From the NCBI GenBank assembly GCA_965220215.1, contig OZ244809.1:1587805-1651804 (forward strand): a stretch of 64,000 bases of DNA, read 5' to 3'. The stretch comes from Dehalococcoidia bacterium. Lineage in GTDB: Bacteria > Chloroflexota > Dehalococcoidia > SHYD01. Positions 1-11,300 of this stretch are shown piece after piece. Under the pieces are notes generated by a model. The model ran no database searches, was not told the origin of the DNA, and was given only the letters and a program-made list of their open reading frames with translations. How positions within the stretch are numbered: position 1 is the stretch's first letter; the number at the start of each line of letters is the position of its first letter. Position numbers and translations under genes: made by a program.

Positions 1-49
1 CAGACGCCTCCCGGAGTTCTCGAACTTGGGTAGCGGATATCTCGGCCAT
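1..49 (-). CDS. tsf: Elongation factor Ts, 5' end (runs off window)
   Basis: Reverse strand reads [16 protein letters not shown]; ATG overlaps the rpsB stop (TAATG); canonical rpsB-tsf order. Confidence 0.9.
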   Translation of the reverse strand, partial: MAEISATQVRELREAS

Positions 50-1206
50 TAAGTGCGCTCCTCCACTTCTGTCGCGGCCTTAGGAGCAGCGGAGGGCTCT
101 GCTTCGGGCTCGGTAGCCGCTTCCATAGCAGCCGGGGCGGCATCGGTTTCGGCTACGTCTGTTTCAGCGACGGCGTCTGTGACCGCCGCGTCTGTTGCTG
201 CTTCAGGTTCTGCAACCTCGGCCACGGCTTCTGTGACCGCCACGTCTGTTGCCGCTTCAGGTTCTGCGACCTCGGCTACGGCTTCTGTTACCGCCGCGTC
301 GGGTGCCGCTTCAGGTTCTGCGACCTCGGCTACGGCTTCTGTTACCGCCGCGTCGGGTACCGCTTCAGGTTCTACGACCTCGGCCACGGCTTCCACTTCT
401 GCCTCAGTCTCTGCTTCCGCCTCTGCGTCTGCGTCTGCAATGGCCTGCTCTTCAGTTGGGTCGTACACATGGCTTACGCCCATGTCTACAGCCTCTTCTT
501 CGCCGTAGTACTCTCTAGCTGCCATACCTTCCAGCACGGCCTCTGCAATCTTGCCCGATACCAGCTTCACCGCTCGGATAGCGTCGTCGTTGCCGGGAAT
601 GGGGAAGTCCATCTCATAGGGATCGCAGTTGGTGTCGGCCAGCGCTACGATGGGGATGCCAAGGCGTAATGCTTCTTTCACCGCGATGCGTTCTTTGGGT
701 GTATCGATGACGAAGAGTGCGCCGGGAAGACGGGTCATCTCTTTGATGCCGCCGAGCTGCCGGTTCAGCCGCTCGATCTCGTCGTCAAGCTTGAGCTGCT
801 CTTTCTTAGGCAGCCGCTCCAGCTCTCCTTTGGCCTTGCGATCTTCCAACCGCACCAGGTAGTCGATGCGGGACTGGATGGTGGCGAAGTTGGTCAAGGT
901 GCCGCCGAGCCAGCGCTGGCTCACAAAGTACATGCCGCAGCGCCCAGCCTCAGACTCCACCGCTTCCTGGGCCTGCTTCTTGGTGCCCACAAAAAGGAGG
1001 GTTTCGCCACGGGCTACCAGGTCTCGCACAAAGTCGTACGCTTCCTGGAGTTTCACCACTGTTTGTTGGAGATCGATGATGTGGATGCCGTTGCGCTCGG
1101 TAAAGATGAAGGTCTTCATCTTTGGGTTCCAACGGCGGGTCTGGTGACCGAAGTGGACGCCTGCTTCCAGCAGGGACTTCATCGGGATAGGGCTACTAGA
1201 TACCAA
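49..1206 (-). CDS. rpsB: 30S ribosomal protein S2 with long acidic Ala/Glu-rich C-terminal tail
   Basis: [19 protein letters not shown] and [10 protein letters not shown] motifs; likely TTG start at 1206 after GGAGG. Confidence 0.97.
   Translation of the reverse strand: MVSSSPIPMKSLLEAGVHFGHQTRRWNPKMKTFIFTERNGIHIIDLQQTVVKLQEAYDFVRDLVARGETLLFVGTKKQAQEAVESEAGRCGMYFVSQRWLGGTLTNFATIQSRIDYLVRLEDRKAKGELERLPKKEQLKLDDEIERLNRQLGGIKEMTRLPGALFVIDTPKERIAVKEALRLGIPIVALADTNCDPYEMDFPIPGNDDAIRAVKLVSGKIAEAVLEGMAAREYYGEEEAVDMGVSHVYDPTEEQAIADADAEAEAETEAEVEAVAEVVEPEAVPDAAVTEAVAEVAEPEAAPDAAVTEAVAEVAEPEAATDVAVTEAVAEVAEPEAATDAAVTDAVAETDVAETDAAPAAMEAATEPEAEPSAAPKAATEVEERT
170..392. repeat. About four 54-bp tandem repeats within the rpsB 3' end ([18 protein letters not shown])
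   Basis: gcttcaggttct recurs at 200, 254, 308, 362. Confidence 0.9.
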
Positions 1207-1415
1207 TGCATTCCTCCGTCTGCTGTCCTTCCATTTCAAGAAGGGCTAAGGGGGCAGCCCCCGGATAGTCGCGGGCTCCAACCGGTCAGGTCTAGACCGC
1301 CCGACAAGTGTACCATAGGCCAGGCAGGCGGGGAAGGGATGGAGGGCGCGTATTGATTCCCTGCACTTCGCCAGGATACGCGCTCGGCTCATCCTGAACG
1401 GAGCGCCTAACGCAG

Positions 1416-2084
1416 CTACTTCCGCTGGAAGACCATAAGGTAGTCGTAGACGCCTTCCCACTGAGGGATGGCACACTCCTCTTTGCGCTCCCACCAGTCG
1501 GCCAGCAGCTTGTGGAACCGCTGCTCGCCTGTGTGGCCGCCGTCGCCCTCTCCTACATAGACCACGGTCCCTCCCTGGTACGCTTCCAGCGTCTGGGCGG
1601 GCCAGTCCTGGATGTCCGGCCAGCAGAGGAGCAGGGTGCGGCTATGCCCGTCCTCCTGCAGCGCCTCTACGCCTGACCTCTTCTTGACCGGGAAATGGAT
1701 CGGCTCCAGCCGTGCTTCCACGCCCTCCGGGTTCTTATAGACCGTGGTCACGGGGTCGCACGCGCGCACGTCTACGCCCAGCTCGGTGAGGAGCTTGGCC
1801 CAGTAGCCGGTGCCTGCGCCCACCTCCAGCACACCGTTGGGGCTCCACCGTTGGATGGCGCGGAGCGCGTCCTCATTGGGGATGCCAAAGGAGTACTGCT
1901 GCACCAGACGGTCCCGCGCTGCAAAGGGCAGCACGTCGTCGCTGATCTGGATCTTGTGATCGCTGGCGCGCCACCGCTCCTTCTCTTCCTGGTAGCGGGT
2001 CATCACCGCAACGTATTCCACTAGGTAGGGATTGTGCTCCCTATCCCAGGGTGTGAGGGTAAGGACGGGGCGCTGGTAGAGCAT
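1416..2084 (-). CDS. SAM-dependent methyltransferase-like hypothetical protein
   Basis: VLEVGAGTGYW motif I-like; LLLCWP. Confidence 0.65.
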   Translation of the reverse strand: MLYQRPVLTLTPWDREHNPYLVEYVAVMTRYQEEKERWRASDHKIQISDDVLPFAARDRLVQQYSFGIPNEDALRAIQRWSPNGVLEVGAGTGYWAKLLTELGVDVRACDPVTTVYKNPEGVEARLEPIHFPVKKRSGVEALQEDGHSRTLLLCWPDIQDWPAQTLEAYQGGTVVYVGEGDGGHTGEQRFHKLLADWWERKEECAIPQWEGVYDYLMVFQRK

Positions 2085-2366
2085 TATCTTTTGCAGTAGG
2101 CTGCGTCAGCAGCGCTAAAGTGGCCTCAGTATAGGGCGGCTAAGGCGCTCCCTTCAACGCACCTGGCACCTTCAACGTACTCTATTATGAAGACGTAGTA
2201 TGGGATTACGTTCAAACTGGGCATGCTCGGTTGAATCAAATCTGGGATATAGAGCGTTCTCTAGAAGGAGACAAGTTGCTATCAAGCTATGGCTTCACTC
2301 ACTGCTTGATAGCGGGCTTTGACAGAAGGGAGAACCCAAGGTAATTTGAGCTTAGGGGAGGGTGGT

Positions 2367-3092
2367 TTGGGTACGCTGTATCTTGTCTCAACGCCTATCG
2401 GAAACCTAGAAGACGTGACTATGCGGGCGCTGCGCGTCCTAAAAGAAGTAACGCTAATAGCTGCAGAAGACACGCGCACTACCCGGAAGCTCCTCACCCA
2501 CTATGGCATAAGGAATCACGTGGTCAGTTATCATCGGTACAGCGGCCCGGAGCGCGTCCGCGGCCTACTGCGCGCCCTGGAGCAGGAAGACGTAGCCGTG
2601 GTTTCGGACGCCGGCACGCCCTGCCTGAGCGATCCGGGCTATCCTTTGGTGCGGGCCGCTCTGGCCCACGGCATAACTGTAACGCCTATCCCCGGCCCTT
2701 CCGCCATCACCGCCGCGTTGACGTCTTCCGGCCTGCCCGCCGACCAGTTTCTCTTCTTGGGCTTTCTGCCGCGCCAGCGCGGGCCGCGCCAGAAGCTGTT
2801 AGCCACCCTCACCGAGGAACGCCGCAGCGCGGTGGCCCTGGAAGCGCCGCACCGTATACGCAAGAGCCTGGAGGACATCGCGAGTGTGCTGCCCGCCCGA
2901 CCGCTGGCGGTGTGCCGCGAGCTGACCAAGCAGTTCGAAGAACTTTTCTACGGTGATGCGGAGGCGGCTTTAGACCACTTTCAGCAGCCCCGGGGCGAGT
3001 TCACGCTAGTGGTGGGCGGCTGCCACCTAGACGCCGCGACCCAGTGGGAGAACGCCGCAGTGACTACCCGCTATGCGGCGGCGCGAGGATAA
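2367..3092 (+). CDS. rsmI: 16S rRNA (cytidine1402-2'-O)-methyltransferase
   Basis: LYLVSTPIGNLEDVT, AAEDTR, SDAGTP motifs. Confidence 0.95.
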   Translation: MGTLYLVSTPIGNLEDVTMRALRVLKEVTLIAAEDTRTTRKLLTHYGIRNHVVSYHRYSGPERVRGLLRALEQEDVAVVSDAGTPCLSDPGYPLVRAALAHGITVTPIPGPSAITAALTSSGLPADQFLFLGFLPRQRGPRQKLLATLTEERRSAVALEAPHRIRKSLEDIASVLPARPLAVCRELTKQFEELFYGDAEAALDHFQQPRGEFTLVVGGCHLDAATQWENAAVTTRYAAARG

Positions 3093-3097
3093 CGCTC

Positions 3098-4033
3098 ATG
3101 CATCTGGAACACCTACTTCGCTCCTCCGACCTCACCGCCGAGGATGTGCGGGGTCTCCTACAACGGGCTAGCTCGTTCAAAGAGCGCCGAGACCCCACTC
3201 GATTTCCCGACTATGGGCTGGCTTTGATGTTCGAGAAGCCATCACTGCGGACACGGGTGAGCTTCGAGATGGCGATGGTGCAGTTGGGCGGCCACAGCGT
3301 CTACCTCTCCCCGGACGACGTGGGTCTGGGCAAGCGGGAGAGCACCCGGGACGTGGCGCGGGTGTTAGGACGCTATGTGCACGCCATCGCAGCCCGCACG
3401 TTTGCCCAGGAGACCGTAGAGCAGCTTGCTGCCCACAGCGGCATCCCGGTCATCAATGCCCTCTCTGATGAAGACCACCCATGCCAGGGCCTGGCTGATC
3501 TCCTCACTCTTTGGGAACGGTATGGACGCTTTAACGATCTCACGCTGGCTTACGTGGGCGACGGCAACAACTGCGCTAACAGCCTGCTGGCCCTCACCGC
3601 GACCATGGGCATTCACTTCCGCATCGCTTCCCCGCCGGGCTATCACCTCGACCCGGCCCTCGTGGCCGAAGCGCGGGCCGCGGCGGAGCGTTCCGGGGCC
3701 ACGATTCTTGAGACCACAGAGCCGGAAGAGGCGGTCCGGAATGCCGACGCTATCTATACCGATGTTTGGACCAGCATGGGCCAGGAAGAGGAGCAGGAGG
3801 TACGCCGGCAGGTCTTTGGCCCCTATCAGATCAACGAAGCATTATTCAAAGCGGCCAAACCTACTGCTATGTTGCTGCACCCGCTGCCCGCGCACCACGG
3901 AGAGGAGGTCGCGGAGGGCGTGCTTTACCGACCCCACTCTGCGGTCTTTGACCAGGCCGAAAACCGCCTCCATGTCCAGAAAGCCATCCTCGCCACCCTA
4001 CTGGGCGGGCCCGACGGCGCGCCATCTAGGTAA
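3098..4033 (+). CDS. argF: Ornithine carbamoyltransferase
   Basis: FEKPSLRTR, HPCQ, DVWTSMGQE, HPLP, QAENRLH. Confidence 0.95.
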   Translation: MHLEHLLRSSDLTAEDVRGLLQRASSFKERRDPTRFPDYGLALMFEKPSLRTRVSFEMAMVQLGGHSVYLSPDDVGLGKRESTRDVARVLGRYVHAIAARTFAQETVEQLAAHSGIPVINALSDEDHPCQGLADLLTLWERYGRFNDLTLAYVGDGNNCANSLLALTATMGIHFRIASPPGYHLDPALVAEARAAAERSGATILETTEPEEAVRNADAIYTDVWTSMGQEEEQEVRRQVFGPYQINEALFKAAKPTAMLLHPLPAHHGEEVAEGVLYRPHSAVFDQAENRLHVQKAILATLLGGPDGAPSR

Positions 4034-4057
4034 CTAGGTAATAGGTAAGCTGAAGCT

Positions 4058-4272
4058 ATGACTGAATTCTTTACCTACGTCATCGGTATTTTCGCCCACT
4101 TTACTCTCCGTAGCGCCATAGACGTGGGCATCGTTGCTTAGTGCTCTTCTGGCTCTGCTCTGTGCTGCGAGGCACTACCACCATCACCCTGCTCCGGGGC
4201 ATCACTATTGTCTACGGCGTGGGGTTTCTTATGAGCGCAGGGTTGCAGCTTAGTATGGTGGGCCGGCTACTC
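4058..4272 (+). pseudogene. cdaA: Frameshifted, truncated N-terminal membrane part of a CdaA/DacA-type diadenylate cyclase
   Basis: MTEFF...AIDVGIVA, frameshift near 4140, then VLFWLCSVLRGTTTITLLRGI...LQLSMVGRLL; resembles CdaA TM1-TM2 (ID..IV....RGT.....L.G); no DAC domain follows. Confidence 0.6.
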
Positions 4273-4432
4273 TGTGCGTATAATGCTCAATGTAGGGGAA
4301 AAGGACGCCGGCACGTACCAGACCACGCCTCAGGTCAGCGTTCCTATAGGCATACGAGTGCTCAGAGTCAACCCGGAAACCATCCCTGTGACCATCCTTT
4401 CGACTAGCCCTGTGACTATCGAGTAACCAGTT

Positions 4433-5827
4433 ATGACTTCGACGCCGGAATCAATAACAGAAACGGATCTTAGCGCGGCAACAGCCGCAAAACCCATCAT
4501 TGCGATTGTGGGGCGGCCCAACGTGGGCAAGTCCACACTGTTCAATAGGCTGATTGGGCGGCGCAGCGCCATCGTCATGGATGAGCCGGGCACCACGCGT
4601 GATCGCGTCTACGGCGACATCGATTGGAACGGGAGCCTGCTTACTATCGTAGACACGGGCGGCCTTGACCCTCTGGGCGCCGGCGACTTTGTCGAAGAGG
4701 TGCAACTGCAGGCGCATCAGGCGCTCCAAGAGGCGGACGCTATTCTCTTCCTGGTTGACGCTAAGTCCGGCGTGACGCCTGTTGATAACGATGTCGCCGA
4801 CCTCCTCCGCAGGCAGGACCGCCCCGTATTGCTGGCCGTCAACAAGGTGGAGGGGCGTTCTCAGGAGGCAACCGTTCCCGAGTTCTACGCGCTGGGCCTG
4901 GGCGAGCCCACTGCCATCAGCGCGTACCACGGCGATGGCATCCGCGACCTTATGGGTCAGCTCTTTGATCTCCTCCCGCCTCAGCCATCCTCCACGCCGC
5001 AGACAGACCTCGGCATACAGGTAGCCATCTTGGGACGGCCCAACGTGGGTAAGTCCATGCTGGTGAATGCCATCATGGGTCAGGAGCGGGTAGTGGTCAG
5101 CCCTATCCCCGGCACCACAAGGGATGCTATCGACTCACCCTTTACGTATCAGAGCGTGCCCTTCACCCTCATCGACACCGCAGGTATCCGCCGCAGCGGC
5201 AGGGTGGACCGCGGCATCGAGCGGTATAGCGTTATGCGCGCGCTGCGGGCACTTGGCCGGGCAGACATCGCCGTCCTCGTCATTGACACCAGCGAAGGAC
5301 TCACCAGCCAGGATACCCATATTGCCGGCTATGCCAAGGAGAACTTCAAGGGCCTGGTGATAGCGGTCAACAAGTGGGACTTATCCAAAGAGATGGAACT
5401 AGAGCGACAAGCTGTGGCAGAGATGCTGCAGCACCGCATGCCCTTCTTCCCGGACGCGCCCATCGTCTTCACTTCCGCCAAACTGCGGCAGGGCATCCCC
5501 GGATTGCTGAACCAGATCCTCACGGTGCACACGGCACGACAGATACGCGTGCCTACGCCTATAGTCAATCAGTGTGTGCGGGATGCCTTCGTGAACCATC
5601 AGCCATCCACCATCCGCGGCAGGCAACTGAAGATCTTTTACGTCACCCAGGCGGAGGTCTCCCCACCCACGTTCGTGTTCTTTGTCAACGATCCCGCGCT
5701 GCTCCACTTCAGCTATCAGCGCTATCTGGAAAACCGCTTGCGGGACGCCTTTGGGTTTGAAGGCACGGCCCTTCGCCTCGTCTTCAAGAGCAGGAACGAG
5801 GGCAAAGGATGGAATACGGAGCGCTAA
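4433..5827 (+). CDS. der: Ribosome biogenesis GTPase Der (EngA)
   Basis: Two GRPNVGKS / GTTRD / DTxG / NKxD G-domains plus a KH-like tail. Confidence 0.97.
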   Translation: MTSTPESITETDLSAATAAKPIIAIVGRPNVGKSTLFNRLIGRRSAIVMDEPGTTRDRVYGDIDWNGSLLTIVDTGGLDPLGAGDFVEEVQLQAHQALQEADAILFLVDAKSGVTPVDNDVADLLRRQDRPVLLAVNKVEGRSQEATVPEFYALGLGEPTAISAYHGDGIRDLMGQLFDLLPPQPSSTPQTDLGIQVAILGRPNVGKSMLVNAIMGQERVVVSPIPGTTRDAIDSPFTYQSVPFTLIDTAGIRRSGRVDRGIERYSVMRALRALGRADIAVLVIDTSEGLTSQDTHIAGYAKENFKGLVIAVNKWDLSKEMELERQAVAEMLQHRMPFFPDAPIVFTSAKLRQGIPGLLNQILTVHTARQIRVPTPIVNQCVRDAFVNHQPSTIRGRQLKIFYVTQAEVSPPTFVFFVNDPALLHFSYQRYLENRLRDAFGFEGTALRLVFKSRNEGKGWNTER

Positions 5828-6420
5828 TCCTGGCGGGCTACCTGCTAGGCTCCTTTCCCACCGGCTATCTTGTAGGCAAAGCCCTAAGGAACAAGGATGT
5901 TCGGTCGTACGGCAGCGGCAGGATAGGCGCGGCAAATGTGCTGCGCGTCGTAGGATTTGGCCCATTCATTTTTGTGTTCTGTGTAGACTTTGCTAAGGGG
6001 TTTGCGCCTGCCTGGGCAGCTGGGCAGCTCTTTGCGGTCCCCTTCGCTCAGGAATCGATAGCCCTTGCGACGCTGGTGGGCCACAGCTGGCCTATCTTCC
6101 TTGGCTTTTCCGGTGGCCGCGGCGTAGCCACCGGGCTAGGCGGACTCTACGCCATTATGCCGCAAGCGGCCGCCCTCTCCTCGATTGTGACCTGCGTGCT
6201 CATGCTCGCCACCCGCTACATTTCCCTGGGCGCAATCGTTGGCGCAGCAATAGTTACTCCCATCACACTGGTGTATATTGCCCTGGGGCTAGAGCAGCCT
6301 TTAATGCTCCTCTATGTTATCCCCGGCGGGGCATTGATAGTTGGCAGGCACTGGGACAATATCCAGCGTTTGGCAAGCGGCACAGAGCGCAAGCTTGGGG
6401 AACAGGTGGAAACAGATTAG
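5809..6420 (+). CDS. plsY: Glycerol-3-phosphate acyltransferase
   Basis: YLLGSFP, GSGRIGAAN, GGRGVAT, RHWDNIQRL. Confidence 0.93.
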   Translation: MEYGALILAGYLLGSFPTGYLVGKALRNKDVRSYGSGRIGAANVLRVVGFGPFIFVFCVDFAKGFAPAWAAGQLFAVPFAQESIALATLVGHSWPIFLGFSGGRGVATGLGGLYAIMPQAAALSSIVTCVLMLATRYISLGAIVGAAIVTPITLVYIALGLEQPLMLLYVIPGGALIVGRHWDNIQRLASGTERKLGEQVETD

Positions 6421-6565
6421 CAAACGCTACAAGCCGTGAGCGCGCACCATCTTCTCCAGCGGCTACCTGACTGTCCGTCTTTTCTCTCTTTTAATGAGGC
6501 AGACGCGCCGCTGATGGAGTCCCGGCCCGCTGCAAACCATAGTGTTAGGAGCACTGCTAAGACGC

Positions 6566-7597
6566 ATGACAACTGAATTGCCCGGTAAGGTCGCAGTCAT
6601 TGGCACCACTATCTGGGGAACTACCCTGGCTGTGGTGATAGCCAGAAAGGGGCTTCCTGTTGCGCTATGGGCGCGCACGGCAGAGGAAGCCGCAGAAATG
6701 AACGATGCCGGCGCTAATGAAAAGCGTCTCGCCGGCATTCCCTTTCCGCCCTCCCTCAGCGTTAGCGCGGACTTGGCGGCCGTACTGGACGGTGCACAGG
6801 TTGCCATCGTCGCCGTGCCGTCGCAGACCGTACGGGCGAATATCCAGATCATGGCGCCGTATCTGCAAGAAGACACTATTGTGGTGAGCGCAGCAAAGGG
6901 GCTGGAGCTGGGCAGCCGGCTCCGCATGTCGCAGGTCATGCGTGAAGAGCTTCCCGAGCAGATGCATGACCGTTGCGCCGTACTCTCCGGCCCCAATATC
7001 TCATTGGAAATAGCGCAAGGGCTCCCTGCCGCGACGGTCATAGCTGCCGAGAACCTGGAGGTAGCTGCCGCCGCCCAGAACCTAGTGATGACGCCTCGCT
7101 TCCGGGTCTACACCAGCCAGGACGTGATAGGTGTTGAGCTTGGCGGCACGCTGAAGAACATCGTGGCTATGGGCGCAGGCTTGAACGATGGCTTGGGTTA
7201 TGGAGCAAACACCAAAGCCGTTTCTATGACGAGAGGCTTGGCAGAGATCACCCGTCTGGGCGTAGCGGCAGGAGCCAACCCCTTCACTTTCCTGGGCTTG
7301 GCCGGTCTGGGTGACCTGGTAGTCACGTGTACCAGTCCGCACAGCCGCAACCGCCGCGTAGGGGAAGAGCTGACTAAAGGACGACCGCTACAGGATATCC
7401 TTGCGACGCTGGTCGGAACTGCCGAGGGCATCACCACCACCGTTGCCGCCAATGAGCTGTCCAAGGAGCTTGGTGTCGAAATGCCCATCACGGAGGCAAC
7501 CTATCGTGTGCTCTACGAGGGCCTGGACCCCCGCCAGGCGATCGTCGAGCTGATGGCGCGAGAGCCCAAAAACGAGCTGGAGGGGCTGACTACTTAG
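6566..7597 (+). CDS. gpsA: NAD(P)H-dependent glycerol-3-phosphate dehydrogenase
   Basis: KGLE, SGPN, GVELGGTLKN, GLGDLVVTC..SRN. Confidence 0.95.
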   Translation: MTTELPGKVAVIGTTIWGTTLAVVIARKGLPVALWARTAEEAAEMNDAGANEKRLAGIPFPPSLSVSADLAAVLDGAQVAIVAVPSQTVRANIQIMAPYLQEDTIVVSAAKGLELGSRLRMSQVMREELPEQMHDRCAVLSGPNISLEIAQGLPAATVIAAENLEVAAAAQNLVMTPRFRVYTSQDVIGVELGGTLKNIVAMGAGLNDGLGYGANTKAVSMTRGLAEITRLGVAAGANPFTFLGLAGLGDLVVTCTSPHSRNRRVGEELTKGRPLQDILATLVGTAEGITTTVAANELSKELGVEMPITEATYRVLYEGLDPRQAIVELMAREPKNELEGLTT

Positions 7598-7598
7598 C

Positions 7599-8297
7599 AT
7601 GGCAGACGCAGAGCGCCCGTATCTCTCCGTGGTCATTCCGGTGTACAACGAAGCCCGCCACATTCGCGAGCTGCTGAAGCGAGTCAGGGCCGTCCCCATC
7701 GACAAAGAGATCATCTGCGTAGACGACTGCTCCACGGACGGCACCTGGGACCTCCTTCAAGAAGAGATGCAGCAGCCGGGCACGCGCGTGTTTCGTCACC
7801 CGCAGAACGGGGGCAAGGGCGCTGCCGTGCGCACAGGGCTGGAACAGGCACGGGGCCAGGTGATCCTAGTGCAAGACGCCGATCTTGAGTACGACCCCGA
7901 AGATTACCCCACGCTCCTGAAGCCGCTGCAGCGGGGCGAGACCCAGGTGGTCTACGGCTCCCGCTTCCTAGGAGAACGCAAAGATATGTCCTTGGCGCAC
8001 AACCTAGGCAACCGCGGCCTCACTCTGGCGGCGAATGTGCTCTATGGCGCCAAGCTCACAGACCTTGAGACCTGCTATAAGGTCTTCACTGCAGAGGTCT
8101 GCTCCAAACTACGCCTGGTGTCCCCGCGCTGGGGCTTTGACCCGGAGATCACGGCCAAAATCCGGCGGATGGGCTACACTATCAAAGAAGTGCCAATCTC
8201 CTATCATGGCCGCTCCTACGAGGAGGGCAAAGGCATCCACTGGCAGGACGGGATCACCGTGTTCCTGACCCTGGTGCGATTCCGTTTCCTTCCGTAA
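7599..8297 (+). CDS. GT2 glycosyltransferase (polyprenol-phosphate glycosyltransferase-like)
   Basis: IPVYNE, VDDCSTDG, QDADLEYDP, VYGSRF. Confidence 0.9.
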   Translation: MADAERPYLSVVIPVYNEARHIRELLKRVRAVPIDKEIICVDDCSTDGTWDLLQEEMQQPGTRVFRHPQNGGKGAAVRTGLEQARGQVILVQDADLEYDPEDYPTLLKPLQRGETQVVYGSRFLGERKDMSLAHNLGNRGLTLAANVLYGAKLTDLETCYKVFTAEVCSKLRLVSPRWGFDPEITAKIRRMGYTIKEVPISYHGRSYEEGKGIHWQDGITVFLTLVRFRFLP

Positions 8298-8346
8298 AGG
8301 GAGCGGTGTCTAGACTTCTCATCACGCTGTTCACTAAGCTCGTTCT

Positions 8347-11300
8347 GTGAACGACCCCGCCCTCGAGCCCTCCACCCCAGCGCCTGACGCGCCCGCCGCG
8401 CCCGGCCCGGCCCGCCCGCGGTTCCAATGGTTGCTTTACATCCCTATCAGACCGGTCTTGAACTTCGTCCCGGACATCGCCGCGATCCTCGTGCTGGGAG
8501 GCATCATCGTCCTGTTCCACCCGGCCCTTGCGCTGGCCAACACCGGCCTCACCGACTACGACCTCTTCACCTATTTCCACCCGTCGTGGCATTACCGGGC
8601 CCTTGTCCTGGAAGCAGGGCGGCTCCCCCTCTGGGATCCCTATACGTTCACCGGCGTGCCCTTCCTGGCCAACATCCAGACCGGCGTGCTCTACCTGCCG
8701 AACCTGCTCATGGCGCCACTGGAGGTTTCGCGGGCGCTGGCGCTCTCCTATCTGGGGCACCTCTGGCTAGCCGCAGCGGGGATGTACGTCATGCTGCGCC
8801 TTGGCACGGGGGCGGGCGTAGTGGGCGGCCTCACCGGCGGCATTGCATTTGCGCTGGGCGGCTTCCTGGCGGCACAGGCAGGGCACATCAACCAGGTGCA
8901 AGTAGCCAGCTGGTTGCCGCTGCTCACCCTGGGTATCCTACAGATCTGCCGCCACGTGAGCATCCCCTGGACCGTGTTCACCGCCGTAGGGTTCTTCATG
9001 CTCATCACTGCGGGCCATCCGCAGGAGACATACCTGGCCGCAGTGGCGATAGGCCTGCTGGCGATCTACGAGGGCACGCGCTGGGGCATCCTGGCGGCGC
9101 GCCGCGAGCTGGACAGGTTTCACCCGCAGCTGCAGCCCTTCGTCGCGCCGATCCACTTTGTGCTGCGCACTACGCTGGGTGGCGCGCTCTGTGCGCTGGC
9201 GGCCGTGCTGGGTGTGCTCATGGCCGCGGTGCAGCTTCTGCCCACACTGGAGCTTATTCAGTTTGGCAGCCGGGAGGGCGGCCTCCCCATCGAGACCGCG
9301 GCTTCCTTCTCCTTGCCGCCGTGGGAGATGTTGCCGACCCTGCTGCCCACCTACCAGGACCAGCCCTTCAGCGAGTTCAACGCCTATTTGGGCGTAGTCG
9401 CGCTCAGCCTGGCATGGCTTGCGTTAATGGGCTGGCGCACGCGAGGACACATCGCCTACTTTGCAGGCATCTCCGCCCTCGGCCTTTTCCTGGCCTTTGG
9501 CGGCTACAACCCGTACTATCCCTTCTTTTACGAGAACATACCGGGTATCGACCTCTTCCGCGTTCCCGCCCGCTGGCTCTTCCTCCCGGCCTTCGGCTTG
9601 GCCGCGCTGGCCGGCCTGGGCATGGACATTCTCTGGCGCAGGGAGCATCGCGCGCCAACCATGAATGCGGTAGGCCACGCGCTGGCCGGCGTCTTCCCGC
9701 CCATCTTCTTGGGCGCAGTAATCTTCGTCGTTGCAGCGGCGGTCATTCCACCTCCGCCCGAGCTGGCGGTGGCCATTTGGTTCGCTGGCGGGCTGACAGT
9801 GCTGACTATCTGCCTCTTTGGCTCCTTCCTGGTGCCGGGGAAATTCCTAACGCTTCCGCTCCTGCTCTTGCTCACGGTGGAGCTCTGGGTGGCCCACTTC
9901 CCGCTGCCCGTTGCCCATCCGGTGCCGGCGCAAGTCTACACGGCGATACGCCCCGGGCTGGCGCAGCTCATGCTCGATTCCAGCGTCCACCGCATATTGA
10001 GCTTGGCTAACCCCCGCTACGTGCCGGGTGACAGAGAGGAGATGCGAGAGAACCTGGGACGCACGCTTCCTGAAAAAGAGGTGGAAGAGTACATCGTTGC
10101 CACTAAGTACAAAGAGGCGTTCAACCCCAACATGGGGCTGCGTTTCGGGCTTGCCGGCCTGGACGGCTACGACGGCGGCCTCCTCCCGCTAAGGGACTTC
10201 GCCGATCTCAAAGGGAAGATCCTCGCCAGCGGCGACGCTCGCCCGCCCGTGAGCGATGGGCCTGCCGGCGACATAGAGCTCATCCGCGACCGCTTCTACA
10301 GCCTGCCGGATCTGACCCTGCTAGCAAACCTCAACGTCAAATATATTGTCATGGACCGCCTTTATGATAAGTGGGTGGATGGCTACTACGCCGACTTAGA
10401 TGCGCCGCAGATGATCAAGCCATTTACGGAGTACGTGTTCGAGGATGATTCCTGGGATGCTGCCACCACTCTCTTTGTCTATTCCTATCTCTCTGTCCAT
10501 TCAAGTGCGCCCCCCGGAGGCCCGGTGGCCCTTGTCTCCGTGACCGACGCGGAAGGCGCGGTCTACTCCTGGCCGCTGCGGTCCGGCATTGAGACGGCGA
10601 AGACCAACGGCTCCCTCAGCGTTGACGAGCCAGATGCCGGAAGAGTAGTGGGCACCAAGCGCGGCCATCCAGACGAGTACATCTTCCTGGCCCGCTTTGA
10701 ACTAACGGAGCCGCTGGTGCCGCGGAGTATTACTATCACCGACGTCGTGCCGGGGGGAGATCTCACCGTCGCCGCGCTGGTGCTAGCGGACACCCGCGTC
10801 GGAACAAGCGTGAGCCTGCCCCTGGATCCGCGCCTCAAGCGCATCTTCACCGGCGACGTGAAGATCTATCAGCTCGAGACGGCGCAGCCACGGGTGTATG
10901 TGGCCACCAACCCACGCTTGCTGCAGCCGCGCAAGGAGCAACTTAATGCGCTGCTAAACCTGGATCCGCAGGACGTGTTCCTTGACCGGTTGGGCGAGAT
11001 AGACATCGAGGCGCTCGATCCTGGCGCGTCAGGGACGGCTCGCATCCTCTCCCATAGACCGGAAGAAGTCGAAGTGCTGGTGACCATGCCTGCGGAAGGT
11101 TACCTGGTGCTGCACGACAGCTACTATCCTGGCTGGCGGGCATGGGTGGACGGCGAGGAAACGGAGGTGCTGAGGGCCAACTACCTCTTCCGAGCAGTGG
11201 TGGTTCCAGAAGGAGTACACAAAGTGCGATTCCGCTATCTGCCAACGACACTGGCAGAGGGCTGGGTGCTTACCCAACTAGCGCTGGCTATGGTGGGTCT

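Noticed and set aside
53-508. Ser/Ala/Thr-rich plus-strand ORF
   Set aside because: Antisense shadow of the rpsB repeat tail
8427-10010. 527-aa alternative-frame ORF inside the YfhO-like gene
   Set aside because: Arg/Pro/Gly-rich shadow ORF typical of high-GC DNA
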